Below, one piece after another: positions 49,138 to 59,460 of a stretch of DNA of 64,000 nucleotides. Numbering within the stretch: the first letter of the stretch is position 1; each line of letters begins with the position of its first letter. The position numbers and the translations under genes are program-made. The notes under the pieces are model-generated. The model did no database searches and had not been told where the DNA came from. It saw nothing but the letters and a program-made list of their open reading frames with translations. The stretch is from Candidatus Aminicenantes bacterium (lineage in GTDB: Bacteria; Acidobacteriota; Aminicenantia; Aminicenantales; UBA8522): assembly GCA_017886205.1 (NCBI GenBank), contig JAFNEO010000040.1:57346-121345 (forward strand), given 5' to 3'.

Positions 49138-51633
49138 ATGAGCGGCAAGATTGGGGAACTTTACATAGTCTTCGGTGCGCATCTAGAAGGTTTCAACAAG
49201 GGCATATCCGATGCCCAAAAAGCAATGTCTGGGGTGGGGCAATCCGCTGAGGGTATTTCATCTAAACTCGGTGGGCTTTGGAAACAATTTGCAATCGGGC
49301 AAATAGCTGCTAATGCTATAACAAAGGGAATTGGATTCGTTAAAGATTCCCTGGTCGATTCCGTCAGGGCGGCAATGGAATCCGAGAATACGCAACGGGC
49401 ACTTGCCTCGGCACTTGAAACGACCGGAAGAAATGTCAATGCTATGCTCCCCGGATTGGTAAAGTTTGCCGGTGAGCTTCAAAAACAAACCATACGAACC
49501 GATGAGGCGGCGATGTCCGCACTTGCCCTCTTGGCCCAATTGACCGATCTTGATGAGGAAGGGTTGAGGGTTGCCACTCAAGGCGCCGCCGGAATGGCGA
49601 CGGTCTTCAAGATGGACCTGGAAACCGCGGCCCGAAATGTTGCCAAGGCGATGGAAGGCAACTATACCATGATGGGGCGTTATATCCCTCAGCTCAAGGA
49701 CTGCAAGACCGAAGAAGAAAAACACGCCCTTGTTATGAAGACGATGGCGGAATGGTACGGACGTGCCACGGATGAGACAGGTACTTTCAGTGGATCACTC
49801 AAGCAACTCGGCAATATGTGGGATGAGGTCAAGGAAGCCGTCGGCAGGGCGGTTACGGAAAATCAGGCAATCAAAGATTTGATTGCTAAGGTTAAAGATG
49901 GAATCGTCAACCTGATCGAATCCGGCAAAATTGCTGAATGGGCGACATGGGCGGGCAAAGTATTGCATGACCTAGTCGATACATTTGTAGCCGTTATTAA
50001 TGTTGTCGATAAAGCAAAGACTGGATTCCAAATGCTGACGGGTTCTATGCCTGGCGAAAAATTCCTAAGGATGAATAAGGACATCTGGGAGCAGATTCAG
50101 GCCGGAAAAAGGGCGGTTGATGATTTCGAGAAGTCGCTGAAAATATTAAAACCAACGGAAGAAGAATTAAGGAAAGAAATCGAGAAGGGGCCTGAATCCT
50201 GGGAAAAGTATAAAGCAGGAATCAAGGCGACCGATGACCAACTTGCTGCGAATAAGGATACTATTGTCGGATGGATGACAAAAGAACTTGAGGGCATCGG
50301 TCTTCTTGAAAAAGCAAAGGAAACTGCCGATAAGAAAGCCGAAACAATAAGAACATTATCAACCAGGATAGACACGGCAGCTTTATCTCAACGCGATCTC
50401 AATACGGCAATCCAGAACGGCATCTATTCCCAGGATTCGATTACCCGGGCATTGGAATATTATAGCGAGGAAATTGTGGACACGGCTATCCCTGCCTCGC
50501 GTGATTTGGCCGATACCATAAGTCAGGCGGCCGGTACGATTCCCGATATCTCCAAGGCGGCGGGGGAGGCGGCCAAGGATACAAAGACTTTTATGCAGGA
50601 AGTCTCGACGGTCGTTTCCGACGCCATGCGGAATGTCGGTCGGTCAATGGTGGAGGCTCTTGGACTTGCCGAGATGTTCAACTATAAGGCCAAAGAATTC
50701 AATGATGATTATTACCAGATCGTGCTTTCCGATATCGAAGTGGAGTATGAAAAGCGAAAAAAATCCATAATGAACAGCATTACCGACGCCGAACTGCGTG
50801 CTCAAGCCCTGGCCGAGCTTGACGCCTGGTATCAAAAGGAATGTGATCGAATTCGGATTGATGAAGACAAAGCCAGACAGGAACATGCCGACCGGGAAGA
50901 AAAGCGGCAGAATTCGCTTTGGACAAAAGTCAAGGGCATCTTCGGCACGGCCGTTGAGGAAATGCTGACGATATGGATGACCAAACTTATCACCCCACTT
51001 TTAACGTCCATCACCGAAACACTGTTTCCTTCCCTTAAAGAGCTAGGAGAAAAGGGCAAAGAGGCTGGAACAGCGGCAGGTACGGGACTCTCATCTGGCA
51101 TCGGTGCCGGGGTTACGGCCGCCCTGGGTGCGATCGGTATGATCACGGCGGCATTTACCGGATTTATGGCACTTATTAATTGGTTAGATTCGAAACTTCA
51201 CGGGATGCCCACAGCAGCGGAACAAAGGGCAGCAGAAGAGGCTTATAAAGAAGAGGTGGCAAAAGAATATCCGGGTATTGAATTCGTCGAAAATACTAAG
51301 AGGAAAAAATCGGGAACATTACCAGACGTTGATGAAGGTTATCAGCATGGGGGTATTGCCTGGACGCCACAGCTCGCCCGCGTCGCCGAGACTGAGCCAG
51401 AGATCATCATGCCGTATAGGCAGTATTTGGGGGAGCAGCGGGGGGCGATCGCCGGCGTCGGAGCAAGAACGGTGAACTATAACTCCGCATATACAATCCA
51501 AGTTTCTGCAATAGATTCCCAAGATGCTTACAGATTCATGTCAACAAAGGGCCGTGAGGCGCTGGAGAAAATCATCAAGGAGAATGTCCGCGGGATCACG
51601 AGGATTCTGAGCGAGGAGACGGGGAGGTATTGA
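49138..51633 (+). CDS. Phage tail tape measure protein
   Basis: IGELYIVFGA N-terminus, Ala/Gly-rich helices, TFSGSLKQLGNMW, hydrophobic stretch, C-terminal HGG..P.LARVAE.EPEIIMP. Confidence 0.85.
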   Translation: MSGKIGELYIVFGAHLEGFNKGISDAQKAMSGVGQSAEGISSKLGGLWKQFAIGQIAANAITKGIGFVKDSLVDSVRAAMESENTQRALASALETTGRNVNAMLPGLVKFAGELQKQTIRTDEAAMSALALLAQLTDLDEEGLRVATQGAAGMATVFKMDLETAARNVAKAMEGNYTMMGRYIPQLKDCKTEEEKHALVMKTMAEWYGRATDETGTFSGSLKQLGNMWDEVKEAVGRAVTENQAIKDLIAKVKDGIVNLIESGKIAEWATWAGKVLHDLVDTFVAVINVVDKAKTGFQMLTGSMPGEKFLRMNKDIWEQIQAGKRAVDDFEKSLKILKPTEEELRKEIEKGPESWEKYKAGIKATDDQLAANKDTIVGWMTKELEGIGLLEKAKETADKKAETIRTLSTRIDTAALSQRDLNTAIQNGIYSQDSITRALEYYSEEIVDTAIPASRDLADTISQAAGTIPDISKAAGEAAKDTKTFMQEVSTVVSDAMRNVGRSMVEALGLAEMFNYKAKEFNDDYYQIVLSDIEVEYEKRKKSIMNSITDAELRAQALAELDAWYQKECDRIRIDEDKARQEHADREEKRQNSLWTKVKGIFGTAVEEMLTIWMTKLITPLLTSITETLFPSLKELGEKGKEAGTAAGTGLSSGIGAGVTAALGAIGMITAAFTGFMALINWLDSKLHGMPTAAEQRAAEEAYKEEVAKEYPGIEFVENTKRKKSGTLPDVDEGYQHGGIAWTPQLARVAETEPEIIMPYRQYLGEQRGAIAGVGARTVNYNSAYTIQVSAIDSQDAYRFMSTKGREALEKIIKENVRGITRILSEETGRY

Positions 51634-51855
51634 CGATGGGGGCTACTTTATGAGCTTCGATTCAAGAAAGTGGTCGATATCGGACTTTCGGAAGAGGACC
51701 TTCCGCTCCAGCTTGATATACGGGAAGGCATGAGCCTTCATGAGACGAAAAAGGGTCTGATGTGAAATCTTGAGATATTCCATGACCGCCTTTTTTGTCA
51801 TGAGGACATCGGTTTCCATGCCGGGGAGATACTATCATCCCGAGAAAAATAAATC

Positions 51856-51894
51856 AAAAAACCCCTTGACAGGGTTTTTATTATGTTCTATTAA
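51856..51894 (+). promoter_or_regulatory. Putative sigma70 promoter with overlapping palindrome
   Basis: TTGACA (51866)-17 bp-TATTAA, with the -35 flanked by AAAAACCC/GGGTTTTT. Confidence 0.55.
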
Positions 51895-51932
51895 ATGATA
51901 TTAGATGATATTAAAATAAGGGAATAGAGACC

Positions 51933-52115
51933 ATGAAAGCATACCTGACCGTTGAAAAAATCATGGGGATCCTCCAGATTTCCCGGACTACGGCTTACGG
52001 CCTCATCAGCTCTCGCCGTTTGAAGAGCTACAAGGTGGGTCGGCTGGTTCGAATCCGCGAGATTGACCTCAAGCATTTCATTGAGGGGAAACCCTCAAGG
52101 AAAAATAAAAAATAG
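51933..52115 (+). CDS. Excisionase-like HTH protein
   Basis: YLTVEKIMGILQISRTTAYGLI..KVGRLVRI. Confidence 0.85.
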   Translation: MKAYLTVEKIMGILQISRTTAYGLISSRRLKSYKVGRLVRIREIDLKHFIEGKPSRKNKK

Positions 52116-52128
52116 AGAGGAGGAGATT

Positions 52129-52305
52129 ATGGTTGGAGACATTTTTCTAAACTTTACCCGCGACAAAATCCTAAACGTCAACGTCAAGGACGCGGATGCG
52201 CAAGAAGGCGTTGAGGTTGGGATTGAAAACGGGAATGTCGAGCTGCAGGTTAGGTTTTCCAAGAAACAGATCGCGGTTCTTCGGGCGGCTTTGGAAAAAT
52301 ACTAA
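52129..52305 (+). CDS. Hypothetical small protein
   Basis: GAGGAGGAG RBS, 58 aa. Confidence 0.55.
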   Translation: MVGDIFLNFTRDKILNVNVKDADAQEGVEVGIENGNVELQVRFSKKQIAVLRAALEKY

Positions 52306-52343
52306 TCACGGCGGCGGAAAACAAAATCAAAAAGGAGGAGACG

Positions 52344-52733
52344 ATGAAACCGAATGATGGGAAAGGCGGAATTCCCAACCGGGATTCCAAGGGTCGTTTC
52401 TTTCCGGCCGGCCAGATGGATCCACAACAAACAGTGACGCACCGATGGATGGAGGAGGAGGAGAAGCTAGCCAAGATTTATGTCCAGGTCTGCGAACAGA
52501 TCGGACAGGCAAAACTCATTAAGTTTCTGGACATCAAACAGTATCGAGTCGGATCCAGGACGGGCATTTTTTTCTCCGGCTTTTTGACCGGCATTGGTTT
52601 TGCAATCGGGAAGGGAAGAAAGAAAAATAAAAGAGTCCCCGTCTTGACACTTTTGAAAGAGACTATAGGCGTCGAAAAAAATATTCTTCGATTTGAACAT
52701 AAGTGGCACGAGCTCGTTAAACAGGGAAGGTGA
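52344..52733 (+). CDS. Hypothetical protein with RDSKGRF motif
   Basis: AAGGAGG RBS; overlaps the next gene. Confidence 0.6.
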   Translation: MKPNDGKGGIPNRDSKGRFFPAGQMDPQQTVTHRWMEEEEKLAKIYVQVCEQIGQAKLIKFLDIKQYRVGSRTGIFFSGFLTGIGFAIGKGRKKNKRVPVLTLLKETIGVEKNILRFEHKWHELVKQGR

Positions 52734-53161
52734 AGCCTGATCTTCTCGCGGAGGCCGGGGCTTCGGTCCCGCCCGAGTCGAGGAACTCAAAGAGCAAGGA
52801 ACAAAGAATGCCCATATTCAAGAGTCCGCGGCGCATCCCAATTGGTGTCTCGTGGTCCGAGGTCTGGGAAATGCAAGAGGAGATGTTTAGACGGAGACCT
52901 TTCCGCCCGGCTGGGCGGCCTGGGCCTGAGCCCGATGCGAGAGATGCGGGAGCGGCTTTTCTGGCAAAGCTCCTCGAGGATCGAGCCGAAGTTCTAGCCG
53001 TGGAGGGACTTGATCTGGCTCGGCTAGAAGGCATCAGCGAGAGAACGCTTCGGCGGGAAAAAAGCGCGCTCGGCATTAAGAGCCGGATGCGGAAGGTGAA
53101 GGACGGGGAGTGGCGATGGACCTGGGTGAAGCCATTAGAAGAGAAGCGGGGCAAAGCATGA
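52730..53161 (+). CDS. Hypothetical protein with Rep C-terminal-like HTH
   Basis: ARLEGISERTLRREKSALGIKS..W resembles the C-terminus of 42127-43521. Confidence 0.55.
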   Translation: MKPDLLAEAGASVPPESRNSKSKEQRMPIFKSPRRIPIGVSWSEVWEMQEEMFRRRPFRPAGRPGPEPDARDAGAAFLAKLLEDRAEVLAVEGLDLARLEGISERTLRREKSALGIKSRMRKVKDGEWRWTWVKPLEEKRGKA

Positions 53162-53640
53162 TGAAAGGAAAAGAGTTCGGCCCGAAGAAAACCAAGCGTG
53201 ATTATGATAAGTGGGAAAGGTCGCCCGAGGGAATCCGCTATAACATGACGACTATGGGCGATGTCACAACCGAAGATGAAGCGAATAACTGTCTTATTGT
53301 GCAAGTCCTCCAGCGACTTCCAAAAAGAATCAGAGAAAAGGTTTTAGAAAAAGTGATATTTGTGCATACTGTCGCCGACGGAACCGTGCATCCATTTCTT
53401 CATGGAGAGGGGGGTGGTGGGGCGTATATTATCTTTAACTTTCGAGGAATCAAAAGCGAGAAGCGCAAGCTGTGTACGATCGCACACGAGATCGGGCATT
53501 TTATTTCGGCCTCCAAGAACCCGACCAAATCGGTTCCCGCAGATGAGAACGAACGTCGCGCGGATGATCTCTCTGAAAAGTGGGGATTCGGCAGAGCTTA
53601 TAAAACTTACAAACGGTTCAAAGGAGCCTTTTCATTATGA
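53158..53640 (+). CDS. ImmA/IrrE-like metallopeptidase
   Basis: TIAHEIGH and ERRAD motifs; upstream of the integrase. Confidence 0.7.
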   Translation: MMKGKEFGPKKTKRDYDKWERSPEGIRYNMTTMGDVTTEDEANNCLIVQVLQRLPKRIREKVLEKVIFVHTVADGTVHPFLHGEGGGGAYIIFNFRGIKSEKRKLCTIAHEIGHFISASKNPTKSVPADENERRADDLSEKWGFGRAYKTYKRFKGAFSL

Positions 53641-53721
53641 AACAAGAAAAAAATCTCGTCTTCATCCGGGCCAAGGACGGCAAGTCGGATTTGTCGCTTA
53701 TCCTTTAATGAGAGGTGAGGC

Positions 53722-54846
53722 ATGAAATTCACCGAGATCAAAGACGACAAGGGCCGAAGGTGGCAGATTGATTTCAACTGTCGCGGCCACAGGATCAACC
53801 GGATCGTTTATGGAGACCGGCGCCATGCTGAGGATGAGGCGATCCGAATCAAAGCCGATATTCTGGCCGGCAGATTCATCCCGGTCAAGGAAAAGGGGAG
53901 ACATCAGGAGGACGGCTCATTCTCGGCTCACGCGGACGAGTTTCTCAAGAGCTACTCAAAGCAGAGAAAAAAGAGTTGGACCCGAGATGAAATCTCAATC
54001 GAGAATCTCAAAGACTTCTTCGCCGGAATGAACCTGGCCGATGTCACGAGCCGCGATGTCGAAAGGTATATGGCCAAGAGGAGCGCGGACCAGGACAAGC
54101 GAGTGAAGGAACCGGGGGAGGAGACGCCGACGATCTCCCATTCCACGATCAACCGGGAGCTCGCCTGTCTCAAGACGATGCTCGAGAAGGCCGTTGAGTG
54201 GGGCAAGCTCAAAGAGAATCCGGCCAGGAAGGTCAAGAAATTCCGTGAGGAGAAGCAGGGCGAGCGAATCCTGACGGCCGATGAAAAAGAAAAGTTGATC
54301 GCAGCCGCAAGCGCCGAGCTCCGGCCCATTCTCACGATCGCGCTCAACACGGGCATGCGGAAGGGCGAGATTCTCAACCTGCGCTGGTCTGACGTAGACC
54401 TCGTGAAAGGCTATATCCTGATCAGCCGGACGAAGAGCGGGGAGCCGCGGAAGGTCCCGATGAATCATCACGTGCTCGGCGTCCTGGGCGGCATGGAACA
54501 GCGGGGGGAATACGTTTTCGAGGGCGAAAAGTCCGGCGCTCCTGTCACCGATGTGAAGACGAGCTTCCGCGGGGCTTGCAAAAGGGCGAAGATCAAGGGG
54601 CTTCGTTTCCATGACCTGAGACACACCGCGGCCACGATGATGGTGGAAGGCGGCATCGACCTCGTAACGGTCTCTCGGATCCTGGGACACTCTTCGATTC
54701 AGATGACCATGAGATACGCTCACCCGACACCGGAGAATATGCGGCTAGCGGTTCAAAAGCTCGGAGAATTCTTTGATAGAGGTGGAGCCAAAGTGGAGCC
54801 ACGCAAGATCAGGCCATCTGCAACTGCTTTGAAATCATACAATTAG
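53722..54846 (+). CDS. Tyrosine recombinase/integrase
   Basis: TGMRKGE, RTK, HDLRH, LGH, MTMRY catalytic residues; N-terminal arm-binding domain. Confidence 0.95.
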   Translation: MKFTEIKDDKGRRWQIDFNCRGHRINRIVYGDRRHAEDEAIRIKADILAGRFIPVKEKGRHQEDGSFSAHADEFLKSYSKQRKKSWTRDEISIENLKDFFAGMNLADVTSRDVERYMAKRSADQDKRVKEPGEETPTISHSTINRELACLKTMLEKAVEWGKLKENPARKVKKFREEKQGERILTADEKEKLIAAASAELRPILTIALNTGMRKGEILNLRWSDVDLVKGYILISRTKSGEPRKVPMNHHVLGVLGGMEQRGEYVFEGEKSGAPVTDVKTSFRGACKRAKIKGLRFHDLRHTAATMMVEGGIDLVTVSRILGHSSIQMTMRYAHPTPENMRLAVQKLGEFFDRGGAKVEPRKIRPSATALKSYN

Positions 54847-54860
54847 ACCGCAGAACAAAC

Positions 54861-55015
54861 GGACTTCGAATCCAAAGGTCGGGGGTTCAAATCCCTCCGG
54901 GCGCGCCACCATTTTTCTTGTATTTTCAGCCACTTAAATCTTTTCTTATTTTTAGCCTGAGTCACCTAAGCTGAGCCAGTTTTAGCGTCTTTGTCCACAC
55001 TGTGTCCACACGGAT
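54861..55015 (+). repeat. attR: tRNA-Arg 3' part with CCA (54861-54908) plus arm region
   Basis: Matches 39488-39533; the ~140 bp from 54875 are repeated at 56097-56235, including paired TGTCCACA. Confidence 0.9.
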
Positions 55016-55158
55016 TTGAGTAAAGGTCTAATCTAACGATGGAACGAGGCAGAATTGCCGCACGAACGCCCCTTCAGCCATCACAGCTGCAAAAGCAAAG
55101 TCCTATCGAATTTTGAAATTTCGGACATGTCAGCGTATTTGCCAGGAGCCACTCCCGT

Positions 55159-56001
55159 CTAAAAAAGGACCTTATCCTCGCCGTTCTGCTTGATCATCTG
55201 AGCGATTTCATCCAAAATCAATTTCTTGCGGGCAATAATGGATTCGATTTCCTTGTCGGTCAGATAAGGCCCGACGGCCTGTTTGATGTTGGCGATATCC
55301 AGGGCCTTGATTTTGTCAAGGAGAACCCGGGGAACTCGACGGAAGAGAAAAGGCTTGCCGTCTGCCCGATTCTTTTTTATTCCGTTGATGCCGAGGACGA
55401 GTCTTTCGGTATATTCTTTGTTCGAGCGGAAAGCGCGGGAATGGTCGATAAGAATCGTCCGCCAGTCCTCGGTATACAATGTATTCTGCTGGGTGGGGTC
55501 ATCGTTAGCGATCAAACAGTCCCAGAGCCGGGTGATGTATTTCATGTCGTCGTACTGTTTCTGGGCCGATTCCGGAATTTTGATACCCTGATCCATAATT
55601 TCCAGAGCGCTGTATTGACTATCGGCCCATAGGGAAATGGCGCCCTTTTTTCCTCGAAATTCCCTTTCGACAGCAGGAGGAACCATATTCAGGCCGATGA
55701 GCTTGTCCATGCGGTAAGCGGCGATTTCATACTTCCAGTTGTCCATAGCGCCGCCGCCCAAGTCCCGGTTGATATTTTTCCAGGCCGCTTTCTTCTCGAT
55801 GCCCTCCTTTTTCAGATAAAGTTTCCAGGGCTTGGTCACGCCTTCGGGAATGGTTTCATATTTGGCGATCTCGGCCGTTTTTAAGAATTCCTCCCATTGC
55901 TCCCGCTGGGCGATCTCTCGGGGCGTGAACTGGCCGCGGACCAAAAAGCCCGCTGAGAAGGAACAGAGAAAAAGATTAATAATCAATAACCTTTTTTTCA
56001 T
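55159..56001 (-). CDS. Exported atypical kinase-fold protein (PI3K/PI4K-like)
   Basis: Signal peptide, AAWK, YEIAAYRMD..VPP, IANDD..N, LIDHSRAF. Confidence 0.65.
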   Translation of the reverse strand: MKKRLLIINLFLCSFSAGFLVRGQFTPREIAQREQWEEFLKTAEIAKYETIPEGVTKPWKLYLKKEGIEKKAAWKNINRDLGGGAMDNWKYEIAAYRMDKLIGLNMVPPAVEREFRGKKGAISLWADSQYSALEIMDQGIKIPESAQKQYDDMKYITRLWDCLIANDDPTQQNTLYTEDWRTILIDHSRAFRSNKEYTERLVLGINGIKKNRADGKPFLFRRVPRVLLDKIKALDIANIKQAVGPYLTDKEIESIIARKKLILDEIAQMIKQNGEDKVLF

Positions 56002-56096
56002 GTCCTGACCTCGCAATTTACCTCTTCCCCTTCCTCAATCTACGAATAGTTTAGTGCCAAATATTTCAAAAATCAAATAGAAAATCTGATTCCTGC

Positions 56097-56235
56097 AAGG
56101 TCGGGGGTTCAAATCCCTCCGGGCGCGCTTCCTATTTCTTGTATTTTCAGCCACTTAAATCTTTTCCTATTTTTAGCCTGAGCCATTCAAACTGAGCCAT
56201 TTTTAGCGATTTTGTCCACACAGTGTCCACACGGA
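56097..56235 (+). repeat. Second tRNA-Arg 3' fragment (56097-56128) plus arm region
   Basis: AAGGTCGGGGGTTCAAATCCCTCCGGGCGCGC followed by a near copy of 54909-55015. Confidence 0.85.
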
Positions 56236-56263
56236 ATTGAAGAGGCCTAACAGAAATAGATAG

Positions 56264-56316
56264 GAACGCCGGCCTGTCACGCCGGAGGTCGCGAGTTCGA
56301 GTCTCGTCTGCCCCGC
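56264..56316 (+). pseudogene. tRNA-Asp(GTC) 3' fragment
   Basis: CCGGC-CTGTCAC-GCCGG anticodon arm and GTTCGAGTC T loop; no 5' acceptor strand. Confidence 0.8.
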
Positions 56317-56436
56317 TTCGACCCTATTGGCTTCTCCTTCCTCGAAAAACCAATTGACATAGCCAATAATACACAATAAAATTCTATCGTAACGAGAAAG
56401 AGAAGAAAACAAAATCCTATTTATTGGAGGGTGGTT

Positions 56437-56982
56437 ATGAGCATAACAGAGATAGCCGCAATCATCGCTTTGGTCGTGATTGTGGTTGCGGGCATCGCGA
56501 CGTTGCTCTTTCTTCGAAAGCGCCGGACCGAAAGACTGCGCAGCAAGTTCGGTAGCGCTGAATACGCCCACGCCGTGAAGGAGGGCGGTAGCCGGAGGCA
56601 TGCGGAAGCCGGGCTCGAAAAGCGCACGGAACGAGTCGAAAGTTTCCACGTCCGGCCGCTCGTGCCCGGCGATCGTGCGCGCTTCGAAGACTCCTGGCGC
56701 AGAATCCAGGGGCGGTTTGTGGACGGCCCCGCCATTGCGGTAGCGGAAGCCGACCAACTACTGGGTGATGTGATGTCCACGCGTGGCTATCCGGTAAGTG
56801 ACTTCGAACAGCGTGCGGCTGATATCTCCGTGGACCATCCGCTGGTTATGGAGAATTATCGAACAGCCCACGAAATCGCGCTTCGCCAAACGAAGGGGAA
56901 GGGGCCGGCCAGCACAGAAGACTTGCGCCAGGCAATGATCCATTACCGGACCCTTTTTGAGGAGCTGGTCAGCAAGCCGTAA
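56437..56982 (+). CDS. Conserved hypothetical membrane-anchored protein
   Basis: N-terminal TM helix, FVDGP..AVAEAD, TEDLRQAMIHYR; GGAGG RBS. Confidence 0.8.
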   Translation: MSITEIAAIIALVVIVVAGIATLLFLRKRRTERLRSKFGSAEYAHAVKEGGSRRHAEAGLEKRTERVESFHVRPLVPGDRARFEDSWRRIQGRFVDGPAIAVAEADQLLGDVMSTRGYPVSDFEQRAADISVDHPLVMENYRTAHEIALRQTKGKGPASTEDLRQAMIHYRTLFEELVSKP

Positions 56983-57344
56983 CGCCCCACATGAAGGTTG
57001 CGTCATGAAATCGGCTGGTGAAGAAGCTTAACGCATCTTGGAGTGTTGAGAGCGCCGGCGAGGCCCGCCTATGCGAGGCAGGGGACGAGGAGCCGCAAGG
57101 TCTTCCTATTGAGCCATCACCAGCGTGGGTTTTGCGCCCAATTTGCGCCCTCGAGCCAGAAAAGACCCCCCTCCGGGCGCGCTTGTGTTTTCCCTCTTAT
57201 CATAAAGCCTCTCCCTTATTTCACGGCTGGACTGAGTATTGACTATTCAGCCGCATTCAGATATATAAGTCTCGACCTGGTTTTCGCGCATGTGGATAAT
57301 TCTATTTTTGCGTACATTTTCGACTAAACTAAAGGGATAGTACC

Positions 57345-58673
57345 ATGGCTAAAATCATGCTTCTGGATTTCGAGGAAAGCGATTATCGACGGCTCCTGGA
57401 CAAAAAGTTCGATGTGGAGCTCAGGGAGACGAACTGGAGGTCGGGCCGGGTTGAGAGCCTCCTGCCTCCTCAAGACTGCCGGGTCGTCCTCTATCAGGCC
57501 AACCTGAACAACTACGGGACGGGACTCCATGCCGGGGACGCGGCCCATTTTGAAAAAATCGTCGCCGACGGGGGAACCGTCGTCTGTTTTATCGGAAATT
57601 GTCAGGAGTACCATCTCACCAACGTAATCGGCGAAATCCCCCATCTCAAGTTCGAGGTGAACAGACTTCCGGACAAGATCTACGAGATCAAGGACCCCCC
57701 TTATGACGCCGTCTTCAGCCAGTTTCGACCTTTCATCTCCCATGCCTATGAACTCTTTCCCACCTCCAATAACCTCGGCAAGACCATCAACCTCCGGGAG
57801 TGGGATCCGCCGGCCGAGCTGGAACTCCAAGTCCTGGCTGAAAGCTTCAGGAACTATCCGATCTCCGTGTTGCTGCGTAAGGGACAAGGATTCTACCTCC
57901 TGCTCCCCTGGTTCGGAGAAAAGAATATCGAGGTGGCCGAACTGGTCCTGCCTCAGGTCATGCCGGCCGCAGCGCCCCAGCCGCCAGCCGAGGAAGCGGT
58001 GAGTTGGCTGGACTCTTATGATTATATCTTCCCGGGACTTCTGGATGTCTATAAGGAGATGGAGCAGGAGAACGAAAAGCACCGCCAGACGATGGTCCGG
58101 CTGGAAGAGCGGATCGAAGAGCTCAAATCGAGCGAGCAAGGACAGTTCAACAAGCTGTTAACAGCCGAGGGCAAGGAGCTGCAGGAGGCCGTAGTCAAGG
58201 CGCTCAAGTACCTCAACTGGCTGAACGTCGTCGATGTCAACGATTACTGGAAGCGGGTCATCCGGGTCAAGGAAGAGGACATCTGGCTCCTGGACGAGGA
58301 TGAGAAGTCGATCGAGCAGCTCATCCAGGACGCCCCGGTCACGATGGTCACGGTGAAAGTCGGGAAGGAGGGCGCAGCGGACGAGGACTGCCTCAACCTG
58401 CAGAGGTACAAGGGGAGACGCATGCAGGAGTTCAACAACACCAAGCTGAAGGCCGTCCTCGTCGGCAACTACTTCAGCCAGATCGAGGCCAAGCTCCGAG
58501 AGGTGCCTTTCAGCGAGAGCCAGATCAACGAAGCCGCCAAAGACGGGAACGGGCTGCTGACGACCTATGACCTGTTCAAGGCCATCAAGGCCGAGAAGGA
58601 AAAAAAGACAACCAAAGAGGCCATCCGAGAGCAATTTAACACCAAGGTCGGCCTTATCACCTTTGAGTATTGA
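57345..58673 (+). CDS. Hypothetical protein
   Basis: 442-aa ORF with host-like codon usage and a coiled coil. Confidence 0.75.
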   Translation: MAKIMLLDFEESDYRRLLDKKFDVELRETNWRSGRVESLLPPQDCRVVLYQANLNNYGTGLHAGDAAHFEKIVADGGTVVCFIGNCQEYHLTNVIGEIPHLKFEVNRLPDKIYEIKDPPYDAVFSQFRPFISHAYELFPTSNNLGKTINLREWDPPAELELQVLAESFRNYPISVLLRKGQGFYLLLPWFGEKNIEVAELVLPQVMPAAAPQPPAEEAVSWLDSYDYIFPGLLDVYKEMEQENEKHRQTMVRLEERIEELKSSEQGQFNKLLTAEGKELQEAVVKALKYLNWLNVVDVNDYWKRVIRVKEEDIWLLDEDEKSIEQLIQDAPVTMVTVKVGKEGAADEDCLNLQRYKGRRMQEFNNTKLKAVLVGNYFSQIEAKLREVPFSESQINEAAKDGNGLLTTYDLFKAIKAEKEKKTTKEAIREQFNTKVGLITFEY

Positions 58674-58703
58674 GTCGACGGCCGAGTCGTCTTCTTCAGC
58701 ATC

Positions 58704-59453
58704 ATGGCGTCACCCAATATCATCACTCCCCAAAAACTGGCTGTTGAGGGCCTCAAGCGGCTGAAGGCGCTGGCCGACCCGGTGAGAGCCGAAGGCGCCC
58801 GGAGTTATTTCAAGGAGAGCGTGCTGTTCCTGGGCATAGCTGCGCCCGATATGAGGGAGCTGGCTCAAGAGTTCTATCAGAAAATCCGGCCGGAATGGGG
58901 AGTCGAAGAAGCGACGGAGTTTTGCGCTATCATGCTGGCGGATCCATATCACGAGGTCAGAGGCTTGGGCATCCTCACCTTTGAAAAATACCGGAAGGAT
59001 TTCCCGAGAACCACCTTTGCGACGATCAAAGACTGGCTGCTGGCTGACTACTGCAACAGCTGGGCGCTCGTGGATGTCCTCTGTCCGGCTTCGATCGGCA
59101 CGCTGCTTGAAAAATATCCGGACCTGGTCAAGGAGATCAAGGGCTGGACGAAATCCCCGAACAGGTGGGTCAGGCGGGCGTCGATCGTGTCCTTCATCAA
59201 GCTGGCCAAGAAAACCCAGTATCTTGATGCGATCTATGATATTGTCCGGTCGCACTTCGAGGACAAAGACGATTTGATTCAGAAGGCCTCGGGGTGGCTG
59301 CTCAGGGAAGCGGGGAAGATGGACCTGGCGAGGCTGGAAAAGTTTTTACGTCAGCACGGTCCGGCCATACCGCGAACGACCCTGCGCTATGCGATCGAGC
59401 GATTCCCGGTGCCCAAGAGAAAGGCCCTCCTCCTGGCTACCAGAAGGGCCTAA
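58704..59453 (+). CDS. DNA alkylation repair protein (AlkD-like)
   Basis: NSWALVD, WVRR, IQKASGWLLRE, RTTLRYAIE. Confidence 0.88.
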   Translation: MASPNIITPQKLAVEGLKRLKALADPVRAEGARSYFKESVLFLGIAAPDMRELAQEFYQKIRPEWGVEEATEFCAIMLADPYHEVRGLGILTFEKYRKDFPRTTFATIKDWLLADYCNSWALVDVLCPASIGTLLEKYPDLVKEIKGWTKSPNRWVRRASIVSFIKLAKKTQYLDAIYDIVRSHFEDKDDLIQKASGWLLREAGKMDLARLEKFLRQHGPAIPRTTLRYAIERFPVPKRKALLLATRRA

Positions 59454-59460
59454 CTTAAGC

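Noticed and set aside
51631-51765. Readthrough extension of the tape measure gene (frame stays open about 43 codons after TGA)
   Set aside because: No recoding signal seen; could be chance or a decayed small gene.
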